Part shown: one piece after another, positions 30,623-40,523 of the stretch
How the letters are laid out: each line of letters starts with the position of its first letter
Numbering within the stretch: position 1 is the stretch's first letter
From: Promethearchaeota archaeon
GTDB taxonomy: Archaea; Asgardarchaeota; Lokiarchaeia; Sigyniarchaeales; SOKP01
Assembly (NCBI GenBank): GCA_048939995.1
Contig: JBHLOY010000002.1
Span: 32,001-96,000, forward strand
DNA length: 64,000 nucleotides
Direction: 5' to 3'
Position numbers and translations under genes: made by a program
Notes under the pieces: model-generated
The model's database searches: none
What the model was told of the DNA's origin: nothing
The model's input: only the letters and a program-made list of their open reading frames with translations

Positions 30623-30730
30623 TTAGAGAGTCTTTTTTCTGTATCGGATCGTCTTGATATATATAACCACACCTATTAAAAGAAGTAGAAGTCCTATATT
30701 ATAACCCAGAATTCCCGGCTGTGTATCACT
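30623..30730 (-). pseudogene. Orphan Loki-CTERM-like sorting-signal fragment
   Basis: SDTQPGILGYNIGLLLLLIGVVIYIKTIRYRKKTL*; no start codon, in-frame TAA immediately upstream. Confidence 0.45.
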
Positions 30731-30908
30731 TTATTTTTATATATATCTTAAAAATAAAATAACTAGCTTTCCTTTTTTTAATTTTTTCTTCTTTTCAATT
30801 TTTATAAAAGATTAATATAATCTTTTTAACTTGGTAATAATTTTTAAAAAAATAAAAATGCTCGATTTAAATTAAATAGTAGGATCATATTCAAAAAATA
30901 TTAATTTT

Positions 30909-31481
30909 GTGGTTAAAATGAGTGATGAATTAGCAAATCCAGCACCTCTTGGGCTTATGGGATTTGGCATAACAACAGTATTATTAAACCTTCATAATGC
31001 AGGACTATACATTTTAGGTCCGATGATATTAAGTATGGGTATATTTTATGGAGGAATTGCTCAAATTATTGCTGGGATAATGGAATATAAGAAGGGTAAT
31101 AGCTTCGGTACAACCGCTTTTACATCGTATGGATTATTTTGGTTAACATTAGTGTTTTTAAACATTTTTCCAAATACCGGTTTATGGCCTGTTGCATCTG
31201 GTACCATCGAACTAGGTTCTTATCTTTTATTATGGGGGATATTCACTCTACTTATGTTTTTTGGAACATTAAATAGAAATAGAGCGCTACAAGTGGTTTT
31301 CTTAACTTTAGCAATATTATTTTTCCTTTTGGCAATTGGTAATTTTCTTAATACACCTTTGATAATTACAATAGCAGGATTTGAAGGAATTTTATGTGGC
31401 TCAAGCGCAATTTATTTAGCAATCGCTGAAATCTTAAATGAAACATATGCTAGAACGATTCTCCCCATTGGCAAAAAATAA
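30909..31481 (+). CDS. satP: Acetate uptake transporter, GPR1/FUN34/YaaH family
   Basis: [30 protein letters not shown]. Confidence 0.92.
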   Translation: MVKMSDELANPAPLGLMGFGITTVLLNLHNAGLYILGPMILSMGIFYGGIAQIIAGIMEYKKGNSFGTTAFTSYGLFWLTLVFLNIFPNTGLWPVASGTIELGSYLLLWGIFTLLMFFGTLNRNRALQVVFLTLAILFFLLAIGNFLNTPLIITIAGFEGILCGSSAIYLAIAEILNETYARTILPIGKK

Positions 31482-31576
31482 AATTGATTTTAATTTTTAC
31501 TTTTTTTTTTTATTTTTTCCTATTTTGAAGTTCTTTTAGAAATTTGCTGAATTGAAGAATGAATATAAATAAATAA

Positions 31577-32692
31577 CTAAATTTTAGCATAATTTTTTAT
31601 AAAAGCTTCTAATAAACGAACTGTATTTAAAATATCATCTAATTTTAAAAGAGATGTTGGAGAATGTATGTAGCGGCAAGGAACTGATACTACTGTGCTA
31701 GGTACACCTTCACGAGTAAGTTGAATTTTACCTGCATCTGTTTTTCCATACATAGGTTTCTTAAATTGAAACGGAATTTTTTCTAGTTTAGCATTTTCTA
31801 TAAGTCTTTTATTGACATGAGGCGAACAAATTATAGATTTATCTGCTACTGAAATTGCTGGACCTTTCCCAATATAAACGGGGATTCTTGATTCCTTTAT
31901 ATCTGGAACATCTCCAGCAGTAGTATTCTCTATAGCAATTGCCATAGTTGGCTTTAATTTATAGGCACCAGTCCTTGCTCCAATCCTCCCAAATTCTTCT
32001 TGTACAGCAAAATTAAATAGAAGTGTATCTTCAGTTATTTGTTCTTGTTTCAATTCTCTCATTAAATGTAAAAGAACATTACAACCCGTTCTATCGTCAA
32101 AAGCTTTACCCCGAACCATATTATTAGGAAAATCCTGAAAAGGATCAATCAAAGTACCGACTGAACCAATTTCAATTCCACCATTGATTACATCATCATA
32201 TGAATTCATTCCAATATCAATATACATACTAGAAGTGTCAGTAATTTTCTTTCTCTCACTAGGAGTTGTAAGGTGTGGAGGCTTCGATCCAATAATCCCA
32301 TGTAAAATTTTTCCAGAATTAGATTTTAAAATTATGGCTTGACCTAATAATATTCTAATATCCCAACCACCTACTAAAACAAATCTTAAGAATCCAGATT
32401 TTTCTATATGAGAAATCATAAATCCAATTTCATCAATATGAGCATCAAATAAAATTCTGTTCTTACCTTCTTTCCCTTCCTTGATGGCAAGTATGTTTCC
32501 AAGAGGATCTTTCCAAATCTTATCAGCCAATTGTTCATTTTCAATTTTAGTTAATATAAAGTCACTAACCTCATCTTCAAAGCCAGAAACACCAAATAAG
32601 GAGGATAATTGCTTCTGAAGATCTTTAATACTTTGTAAGTCCAAATTAAAACCACTATAAGAATCCTTTATAATATGTATTAGTTTGACCAA
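31577..32692 (-). CDS. M42 family aminopeptidase (TET-like)
   Basis: GVSGFE, AHIDEIG, KAFDDR, VQEE, TDAG, RYIHSP. Confidence 0.92.
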   Translation of the reverse strand: MVKLIHIIKDSYSGFNLDLQSIKDLQKQLSSLFGVSGFEDEVSDFILTKIENEQLADKIWKDPLGNILAIKEGKEGKNRILFDAHIDEIGFMISHIEKSGFLRFVLVGGWDIRILLGQAIILKSNSGKILHGIIGSKPPHLTTPSERKKITDTSSMYIDIGMNSYDDVINGGIEIGSVGTLIDPFQDFPNNMVRGKAFDDRTGCNVLLHLMRELKQEQITEDTLLFNFAVQEEFGRIGARTGAYKLKPTMAIAIENTTAGDVPDIKESRIPVYIGKGPAISVADKSIICSPHVNKRLIENAKLEKIPFQFKKPMYGKTDAGKIQLTREGVPSTVVSVPCRYIHSPTSLLKLDDILNTVRLLEAFIKNYAKI

Positions 32693-32755
32693 TGTAAAAT
32701 AAAATTAACCAAAATAAATTTTAGAAATATAAAAATAGTTTTTAAAAAACAAAAT

Positions 32756-34459
32756 TTATTTACTTCTTTTTTTGAGCTCGTTTATGGCTTTTTCAGCCAA
32801 GACGATTGCATCAGCATATTTAGATTTATATTTCTCGAGTTGTGCCTCTAATTCAATAGTCTTCTCTTGTAGATCAATAATTGCCCCACTACTCTCTTCA
32901 TCAGTTTGAGGAAATGAGTCCGGGTTATCTAAAGTTTCTTTAAGATAATTATACTTTTCTTGCCATACTTTTAATTCCGTCTGCAAATCTTGTATTCTTT
33001 CATCAATATTTTCTGCTGTCAACGGTGTTCCCATTATTTCCCCTGATTCTAATTCCACCAGCTTATCTTTAAGCATATCAATTTCTTCCTCTAATTCCTT
33101 GATCTTGATTTTCAATGAAGCAATCTCATCTAAATATTCTGCAGATGTTTTAGGGGCTATTATTTCTTCAAATATCGCCTTGCCTGTCTCTAATTCATTC
33201 GCACTTTTTCCGCCAAGTATTCTCTGCCGTCTCATTTGCAATTCATCAACAGTTTGTTTAGGAAGAAAATCTAATGGATTAAATCCGATTCCACCATGTT
33301 CTGTGCGGCGAATTCTTATTTTAACATATAGTGGGATTCCTTTCACAGCTTCTCCACAGATTATTCCTTGACCTTTATCTAACCCTGAAATATCCTTTCT
33401 ATTATCCTTACTTAAATCTTCAGCACTTGAAATTGTGACATCGATGTCTCTTACATCTGTGAGATTGTGAACAATCCATGAACCTGCTTGAGCTCGAATA
33501 GTTGTATCAAGAAGCTGGGGCCTTTGTGTCCCTATTACTAAATTTGCACCAAACTTACGCCCCTCTTGTGAGAAAAGTTTTACGGTTTCACAAGTTTCAG
33601 TTCTTTTTTTGCCAGCAAATAAATGTGCTTCATCTAGGAATAAATAGAATGGTGGAATTCTCCTTGCAGTGCTCGCTTGATATAATTTTTTGAGTAATTT
33701 TCCGGCGATCATTTCTTGAACACTTAAATCCATACCTCTCATGTTAACAATAGTGCACAAGTTTGGAGCTACGAGATCGGTTGCGTCTAAAGAAAATAAA
33801 TACTCTACATCAATATCTCCGCCTTTGTTGATTTTTAAATCAGAAAATTCTATAATCTTATCAACATATTCGCTTTCTGCTTTCTCCCCTTTCATCCCTT
33901 CATTGGTAGCCGCTACTTTTAAAGACCCGTATTCCCCATGGCGGTCTAAAATAACCACCGGAATTCCTTTATCCATAAATTCTTCACACAACACACCCAT
34001 AGTATATGATTTTCCACTTCCTGACTTTCCTGTAATAAATATCCTTCCAAAATTTTTTACTAAAAGATTAACATTAAACTCATAACCAAGCAACTTACCA
34101 AGTGAAACTGATTCTTCAGGCGGATTATAAATACCTAGCAATTTTGTAATTTGTTCTTTTTTTGCTTTATATACTTCAGCTCCAACTTCAAAAGGTCTTT
34201 TTGGTCTATTTCCTAAAACAATTAAGTTTGCAAGCATCCCAGTTTCATCGCTCCACATATCAGCAATACTAAGAACATAGTGAGGACGGTTACCTTCTTT
34301 ATCTTTTTCTCCATATATTGCAAGATATGTGCTTTTTAAAACTGATGGATCTTGAACTTGCATGGTTACTTCATACGTGGTTGTTTTTCCGTATAACCTG
34401 CCGACAGGCATTTCCTCTTTTTTAGTATCTTTATTTAAATCATCTGACATTGTTTTCAC
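32756..34459 (-). CDS. HerA/FtsK-like (DUF87) ATPase with C-terminal coiled coil
   Basis: GKSGSGKS, D.HGEY, LDEAH, EGRKFG...TQRP. Confidence 0.88.
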   Translation of the reverse strand: MKTMSDDLNKDTKKEEMPVGRLYGKTTTYEVTMQVQDPSVLKSTYLAIYGEKDKEGNRPHYVLSIADMWSDETGMLANLIVLGNRPKRPFEVGAEVYKAKKEQITKLLGIYNPPEESVSLGKLLGYEFNVNLLVKNFGRIFITGKSGSGKSYTMGVLCEEFMDKGIPVVILDRHGEYGSLKVAATNEGMKGEKAESEYVDKIIEFSDLKINKGGDIDVEYLFSLDATDLVAPNLCTIVNMRGMDLSVQEMIAGKLLKKLYQASTARRIPPFYLFLDEAHLFAGKKRTETCETVKLFSQEGRKFGANLVIGTQRPQLLDTTIRAQAGSWIVHNLTDVRDIDVTISSAEDLSKDNRKDISGLDKGQGIICGEAVKGIPLYVKIRIRRTEHGGIGFNPLDFLPKQTVDELQMRRQRILGGKSANELETGKAIFEEIIAPKTSAEYLDEIASLKIKIKELEEEIDMLKDKLVELESGEIMGTPLTAENIDERIQDLQTELKVWQEKYNYLKETLDNPDSFPQTDEESSGAIIDLQEKTIELEAQLEKYKSKYADAIVLAEKAINELKKRSK

Positions 34460-34511
34460 ATTAATTTCATTTTTATAGTATTATAAGATAATTATGACTT
34501 ATTAATGCTTA

Positions 34512-34856
34512 CTAACTAGAAATGTCAAGTAATAAGAGTATATAAATCTTCATAAATCCATTTTTTAATTTCCTTCTAATTTTCCAGAAGTATAATTCAT
34601 GAACTATCAACCAAACGGTTATAAATCCAAAGAATCCTCATTCGGAAAAGTAGAAAAATGCTTGTGGCGTTATTAAAGTATATTCTTAAACTATAAACCC
34701 AATAATAAAAATGCCTGAAAGTATTCCAGTAATCAGAGTTAAAATTGCTATTATTTTTGAGAATTTTGTACCTTTATACTCTATGTATCCAAAGAAAAGG
34801 AAATTGAGGGCTGTAAAACCAAAAAAGATTATTGTATAATGCTGTCTAATGCTGTT
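34512..34856 (-). pseudogene. Degraded membrane-protein gene fragment
   Basis: Frame HYTIIFFGFTALNFLFFGY...GIFIIGFIV*EYTL...FSE*GFFGFITVWLIVHELYFW with internal TAA (34686-88) and TGA (34638-40); no start. Confidence 0.45.
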
Positions 34857-34861
34857 TTAAA

Positions 34862-35791
34862 TCATTGCTTGTAAATTATACTTTTTTTAACCATTCGAGT
34901 AGGTTTATAGGATTCTTTTGCCCTTCTTAAGCCTTCTATTCCTAGATCTTGTTCTCTATTAACACATAACGTATCTATACAACAATTTTTTAAAAAAAAG
35001 TTATTAATTGCTTGATAAGCACCTTCATACTCCATATGCGCTTTCTCAATGTGTATTACGAGGGTTTTATCATTTAACATTTCACCAAAGGTATAAGCAG
35101 CACATTTATCATCTACACATAATAACCCACCATTAAACCCAAGTGTCTCAAAATTATTTAGAGCTTCATATATCGCTTCTTGTTCGGCTTCTAAACTTTC
35201 ATCTTCAGTGCACGCTCTAATAACACACCATTCTAATTGAAGTTCTTTGCATTTCTCAATAAGATTTCCATTTAGTAATCGAAAATCGTAATTATAATTG
35301 GCTAGAAACTTTTGCAACCATCTTCTATTTTGCCGATATTTATTTCCCGCTAAAGCTAATATCTCATCTTTGTTATAAACATAATCCCAATTGTTCCTAT
35401 CTTCTGAACATTTTAGATTAAGATTGACAAATTTTTCGTCTTTACTTAATTTTTCATAGATTTTCTCTGGAACCCTATGAACTTCTAGATTTTCAAGATC
35501 TTCAAATAAGGAGATTATTATTTTATCCGCATTAGGACCAATGGGAGGAAAAAAATATAAATACTCTTTAGAATCTCCATTATGAATTGATTTTTTTCTA
35601 GTTTGTAAATAGTCATAAGAAAATACGATTAGATGGTTATCATATTCCATAAATAAAAAATTATAATATTTTCTCCACATAAAAAGATTAGTAAAGGTAA
35701 ATTCGGAGATTTCAGGCTGGTATCTATTAAAGTAATAATCAAATAATTTCTTATCCTCAATCTCTATTGGTTTTGCAGAGCTTAAATCCAT
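34862..35791 (-). CDS. DUF2156 / aminoacyl-phosphatidylglycerol synthase C-terminal-like GNAT protein
   Basis: SEFTFTNLFMW, DY.Y, HIEKA, NREQDLG.EGLR.AK.SY.P. Confidence 0.88.
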   Translation of the reverse strand: MDLSSAKPIEIEDKKLFDYYFNRYQPEISEFTFTNLFMWRKYYNFLFMEYDNHLIVFSYDYLQTRKKSIHNGDSKEYLYFFPPIGPNADKIIISLFEDLENLEVHRVPEKIYEKLSKDEKFVNLNLKCSEDRNNWDYVYNKDEILALAGNKYRQNRRWLQKFLANYNYDFRLLNGNLIEKCKELQLEWCVIRACTEDESLEAEQEAIYEALNNFETLGFNGGLLCVDDKCAAYTFGEMLNDKTLVIHIEKAHMEYEGAYQAINNFFLKNCCIDTLCVNREQDLGIEGLRRAKESYKPTRMVKKSIIYKQ

Positions 35792-36000
35792 ACATATTTA
35801 AAAATAAGAGAATATAAAAAATTGATCCTAATCGGGTAAGTTATAAATTATTCTAATCGAAGTTCTGATGACAAGTTAACTGAAGTAATTTTTATAAGTT
35901 TTCATTTCTATTTCTATTCAAAAACGGAGTAGGAATAAAAATCAAAAAAAATCATAGAAATCAATTAATAATCAGTAGTGTTTTATTAATATCTTTTGCT

Positions 36001-36636
36001 TTGTTGTTACCAGTCTTATATAATCTTTCAGAATTATTAAATTTAGGTAATTATAGTAAAACTGAAGATTACAATATTGATTTGGGCGCAGGAACAGGGG
36101 GTATAAATGCTGATTTTCTTTTGGGATTAACTTACGATGATAGATATAGAGGAACAATTACATTTAACGTGCATTCGACTGGTTCAGTTGGAACAATTGG
36201 AATTACATCTATTGATTATGATATTAAAGCTAATGGGCAAACAAAGGCTCACTATGATAATAATTTTAACCCTCCACGACTTTCATTCCAAAATACTCAT
36301 AATAATCTAAACCTTGATAAAGATGATGTGGTTACATGTGAAGGAAGTGCAATGGTTAGATTTTTGGTTGGAGGGATAGAACAAGATACTGTAATTTTCT
36401 TCGAGAATGATATAATAATTACGATTAGTTCTTTTGAAATAGAATATACATGGGATATAGTAGAAATTTGGCTCCAAATTTTTGATTATATTGCCATTTT
36501 CGCTTCAGTTATTTTCTTAGCAAGGACTATTAGAATAATTAAATTTGAAAAGGAGTATACTGAAGATATGAGGAAAGACGACGAAGAATTTTTTGAAAAA
36601 ATTCGAAAAAACATCGAGAAAGAAAAAACTCTCTAA
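36001..36636 (+). CDS. Hypothetical membrane protein; true start probably upstream (about 35935-35941)
   Basis: Frame is open upstream with a basic plus hydrophobic N-terminus; C-terminal TM. Confidence 0.6.
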   Translation: MLLPVLYNLSELLNLGNYSKTEDYNIDLGAGTGGINADFLLGLTYDDRYRGTITFNVHSTGSVGTIGITSIDYDIKANGQTKAHYDNNFNPPRLSFQNTHNNLNLDKDDVVTCEGSAMVRFLVGGIEQDTVIFFENDIIITISSFEIEYTWDIVEIWLQIFDYIAIFASVIFLARTIRIIKFEKEYTEDMRKDDEEFFEKIRKNIEKEKTL

Positions 36637-36677
36637 AAATCATAAAATATCTCCTTTTGATTTCTCTAAAATAAAAA

Positions 36678-37085
36678 TTAATAGCTATTTTCTAAATCTT
36701 TAATTAATTTCTTTAAAATTTCTATTACTCTTTTTTTATATGATAATTGTTCAGGATAATTATAACTAAATGTTTTCCAATGAGGTCGTTTATGTCCTAT
36801 TTTAAATTTCATACCCTCCATATCTGTCATATAAGAATTCGCATCTAATTTAGTAGCAATTTGATCTGCTATAATATACCAATGAAATTGAGTTCCAATA
36901 CTAGCTCCAGTGTTAATTGGTGCATTATTTACCCGACGTTTAATAGAATTAAATTTTATAGTCCATTGATCTGGAGTAACTTTAGTCTCTTCCCATTTTC
37001 CATCATTATAATTCCAATGATGAGTTCCCCCTACTTTCATACCTGTATAAATTTGATCATTATATTTTTTCATTGAATTATACAT
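36678..37085 (-). CDS. Conserved hypothetical protein
   Basis: Trp-rich ORF YTGMKVGG.H.W.Y..G.W.E.K..PD.W...KRP.W. Confidence 0.7.
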   Translation of the reverse strand: MYNSMKKYNDQIYTGMKVGGTHHWNYNDGKWEETKVTPDQWTIKFNSIKRRVNNAPINTGASIGTQFHWYIIADQIATKLDANSYMTDMEGMKFKIGHKRPHWKTFSYNYPEQLSYKKRVIEILKKLIKDLENSY

Positions 37086-37212
37086 TTTTATACACTTGAT
37101 GAATTTAAAGTATAAATTATTCAGTTAAAATAGGCTTTAAAAGATTAATAGTGAGTAAATTTAGTAAAATTAACCAAAAAATTAAAAAAAAGAAAAAATG
37201 ATTATGAAAATT

Positions 37213-38229
37213 CTATAATTTCTTAATTATTAGCTCTGCCATTCGATTTGAGAAGCCCCATTCATTATCATACCAACTTAGGACAAATAGTTCATCTTCA
37301 ACGACCTTAGTCCATAATCCATTGAATATTGAGCTATGAGAATTACCTATAATATCACTGCTTACTATAGGATCATCAGTATACTCTAGAATACCCTTTA
37401 AATGACTGAAAGCAGCATCTTTCATCTTAGAATTAACTTCATCAGCGGTGCACCTATTTTCTACTATCACCTTTAGATCAACTACACTACCATCAAGTGT
37501 AGGTACTCTTACTGCTATACCATCTAATTTTCCTTTGAGCTCTGGAAAAACTAATCCAATTGCTTTAGCAGCTCCTGTAGATGTTGGGATCATATTTTGA
37601 GCAGCAGCTCTTCCACGGATCATTTTTTCAGGACCCCCTGTTCGTGCAATATCCGCGATAGTTTGATCGTTTGTATAGGAATGAATGGTGGTCATTAAAC
37701 CATATTTTATTTTAAAATTTTCGTGCAAAACTTTAACGACAGGTGCCAAACAGTTAGTTGTACAAGAGGCATTCGAGATTATCCTATGATCACTTGCAAT
37801 TTTATCATCATTGCATCCTAAAACTACAGTGATGTCAGGATTTGTTGCGGGGGCACTGATGAGTACTCTTTTAGCTCCAGCAGTTAAATGCTTTGATGCA
37901 CCATCTCTATCAGTAAAACGACCGGTTGATTCTACTGCAACGTCGACATTTTTACTGGCATGTGGTAAATTCGCAGGATCCCTCTCAGCAGTAATAGGTA
38001 TTTCTTTTCCATCAATCACAAGGGAACTATCTCTAGCTTCTACTTTACCCTTAAATCTTCCGAAAACCGAATCATATTTTAAAGCATAAGCTAAATATTT
38101 TGATTCAAAGAGGTCATTGATAGAAACAATATCAATATCATTCCAGAAATTGTCATATACGGCTCTAAAAAACAATCGACCAATTCTTCCAAAACCATTA
38201 ATAGCGACTCTTTTTGCCATCATTAACAC
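37213..38229 (-). CDS. gap: Type I (bacterial/eukaryotic-type) glyceraldehyde-3-phosphate dehydrogenase
   Basis: INGFGRIGR, ESTG.F, SNASCTTNCLAP, PTSTGAAKA, WYDNEWG. Confidence 0.95.
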   Translation of the reverse strand: MLMMAKRVAINGFGRIGRLFFRAVYDNFWNDIDIVSINDLFESKYLAYALKYDSVFGRFKGKVEARDSSLVIDGKEIPITAERDPANLPHASKNVDVAVESTGRFTDRDGASKHLTAGAKRVLISAPATNPDITVVLGCNDDKIASDHRIISNASCTTNCLAPVVKVLHENFKIKYGLMTTIHSYTNDQTIADIARTGGPEKMIRGRAAAQNMIPTSTGAAKAIGLVFPELKGKLDGIAVRVPTLDGSVVDLKVIVENRCTADEVNSKMKDAAFSHLKGILEYTDDPIVSSDIIGNSHSSIFNGLWTKVVEDELFVLSWYDNEWGFSNRMAELIIKKL

Positions 38230-38394
38230 TTTTTAAAATTTTATTCTTTAAATAGTCAATCTAGTATAGATTTAGATAGTTTTTTAATTTTTTAGTTTTA
38301 GGTGGTTTCAACCTTTAAATTTAAAATATAAACTATAAAAACATTCTAACATAATTTTTATAAACATTGAAATCAAATAAGGAAATAAGGATTT

Positions 38395-39615
38395 ATGGTT
38401 GATATTGAAAAGATAATTCTTAATAAAATAGATGAGACAAAGGATGAATTAGTTCAATTTCTTCAAGAACTTGTTCAATACCATTCAGAGGTTCCACCGG
38501 GTAAATATCGAGAACTATCTAAATTTATTGCAACAAAAATGGAAAAATTTGGCATAAAAACCCAAGTAAAAAGAAATAATGTAATTGGGGAATTGGGAGC
38601 TGAAAAAGGCCCTACCTTGATATTTAATGCTCACTATGATACTGTTACTACTCATGATGGATGGACTAAAATCCCTCATTCTGGTGAATTAATTGGCAAC
38701 AAATTATATGGTCGAGGTTCTGCTGATGACAAATCATGCATAGCCGCTGAAATATTTGCTGCAAAAGCTCTTTTGGATATGAATGTTGATCTAAAAGGGA
38801 AGTTAATAGTTACTGCTGTTGTTAATGAGGAAATTGGAGGTATAGGAGGAGCTGAATATCTTGTTAATGAAGGCATAGTCAAAGGAGATGCTTGTTTATT
38901 AGGAGATGGACCAGCTGACTATCCAATAATATATCGTGGAGGGGTACTTCAAATTAGTTTTAAAACTAAAGGTATTCGACGTCATGCTATGGCTTACCCT
39001 GATACAATCCCTAAATATCGCAATGAATATTCTGGAATAAATGCAGTACATAGAATGATCCCTATCATGAATTTTCTCATGGATTTACAAGAAGAGTTTA
39101 ATAAACAAGAAACCAAGTATTCTGTTCCTCCTGATTTACCAAAAAAAGTAAGCAGTATTGAAATAACAAAAATGGAAGGAGGAAATGCAATCGATACAGT
39201 AGCAGATAGTTGTACTTTACATTGTATGATGAATTTTATACCTGAACAAGATATTAATCATATTCGGACAAGGATTTTTAATTTCATAGAAGAATTGAAA
39301 AAAAATGATGCAAATCTAGATATTTCGGTCCAAAATCCCGTCTCAATCCCACCAAAAATAGGAGATCCTAACTCTACTATAGCTAGAGTTGTTAAGAATG
39401 CTTTTAAAAAAGTCCATAGTGAAGAACGAGATTTTAAAAGTTTTATCCCAACTACAGATGCTCATCTCTTTCAAATGAAGGGAATTGAAACTATTATAAT
39501 CGGGACTCTGCGAGGAGATAATAACTACCACGCCCAAGATGAGTTTGTTTATATTGAGGATGTGATAAATGCCGCAAAAGTTTATGCTTTGACTGCTTTG
39601 AATTATCTTACATGA
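38395..39615 (+). CDS. M20 metallopeptidase (ArgE/DapE family)
   Basis: NAHYDTV, GRGSADDK, EEIGG, TDA, H..DE. Confidence 0.9.
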   Translation: MVDIEKIILNKIDETKDELVQFLQELVQYHSEVPPGKYRELSKFIATKMEKFGIKTQVKRNNVIGELGAEKGPTLIFNAHYDTVTTHDGWTKIPHSGELIGNKLYGRGSADDKSCIAAEIFAAKALLDMNVDLKGKLIVTAVVNEEIGGIGGAEYLVNEGIVKGDACLLGDGPADYPIIYRGGVLQISFKTKGIRRHAMAYPDTIPKYRNEYSGINAVHRMIPIMNFLMDLQEEFNKQETKYSVPPDLPKKVSSIEITKMEGGNAIDTVADSCTLHCMMNFIPEQDINHIRTRIFNFIEELKKNDANLDISVQNPVSIPPKIGDPNSTIARVVKNAFKKVHSEERDFKSFIPTTDAHLFQMKGIETIIIGTLRGDNNYHAQDEFVYIEDVINAAKVYALTALNYLT

Positions 39616-39705
39616 CTATTTTAAAGATAATCGAAAAGGCATAACTACAAATTTTTAGAAATATAAACTAAATGGTAAAAAAAGTATGTAAAAAATAGAA
39701 TTTAT

Positions 39706-40467
39706 TTATGCTTCTTCTTCTTTCCCCATTAAACGCATGACCGCATCCGCAAGTTTGTTTTGACTGCGGCTCATGATCCCTTTTACCTTACCTTCTACAC
39801 CAGTCACTCGGAGCATGATTCCATTCCAAACTGAACTAGGTTCTCCTTTTACATTCTTAAATCGATCCCGATGAACTTCAACTTCGATATTTTCATATTT
39901 GTTTGATGCATCAGAACATTTGAAACATAGAATGCATTTATCTACATCGACTTTAACTTCTTTGCCTTCTCGAGACATTGCATCAACTGAACATTCTTCT
40001 GTAAATTGATCAATAATAGTTGTATCTTTTTCATTACAAGTAATTTTTATTGAACCTTCTACTACTTTTCGTACTTTTCTTCCATCATCTAACGTCCGAA
40101 CTTCTTCGTCAAATTCTGGAAGAGAACCATTTTCAACTAACAATATTTTGTTTTCTCCATTAACTAATAACTCTAATGTATATCCCGGGCAAATCCAACT
40201 GCAGCTACCGCACCAAATACATTTTTCTGTATCAACAACGATCTTTTTATTAGATTCTATTTTCATTTCCTCAGGGGTTCCAATAGCTGTCTTTTTCAAT
40301 GGTTCATCGTATATAGAAATAGTAACCGGACAAACACGATGGCAAAATCCGCACTCGATACATTTTGATTCATCATATTTTAAGATCATTTCATGGTTGA
40401 GCATCTTGTAAACATAATGGGTAATATTTTCATCTACTTGTATCGTTTTCTTAGCTGGTAATGAAAT
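39706..40467 (-). CDS. Multi-[4Fe-4S] polyferredoxin (FwdF-like), probably starting at ATT
   Basis: CIECGFC..VCP, CIWCGSC..ICP, CILCFKC; frame extends to ATT 40465-67 (xSLPAKK) after AGGATGTGA. Confidence 0.8.
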   Translation of the reverse strand: MSLPAKKTIQVDENITHYVYKMLNHEMILKYDESKCIECGFCHRVCPVTISIYDEPLKKTAIGTPEEMKIESNKKIVVDTEKCIWCGSCSWICPGYTLELLVNGENKILLVENGSLPEFDEEVRTLDDGRKVRKVVEGSIKITCNEKDTTIIDQFTEECSVDAMSREGKEVKVDVDKCILCFKCSDASNKYENIEVEVHRDRFKNVKGEPSSVWNGIMLRVTGVEGKVKGIMSRSQNKLADAVMRLMGKEEEA

Positions 40468-40523
40468 AATAATTTCACATCCTTTTCTATTAATTTTTCT
40501 TTTTTTTTTAATTTAGTAATAAT

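Noticed and set aside
30540-30900. Possible tRNA/ncRNA in the GC-richer intergenic patch
   Set aside because: No cloverleaf or T-loop consensus; the patch is explained by a coding remnant
34638-34640. TGA as selenocysteine
   Set aside because: Lies in a hydrophobic fragment that also has a TAA, the context suggests Trp, and no SECIS was seen
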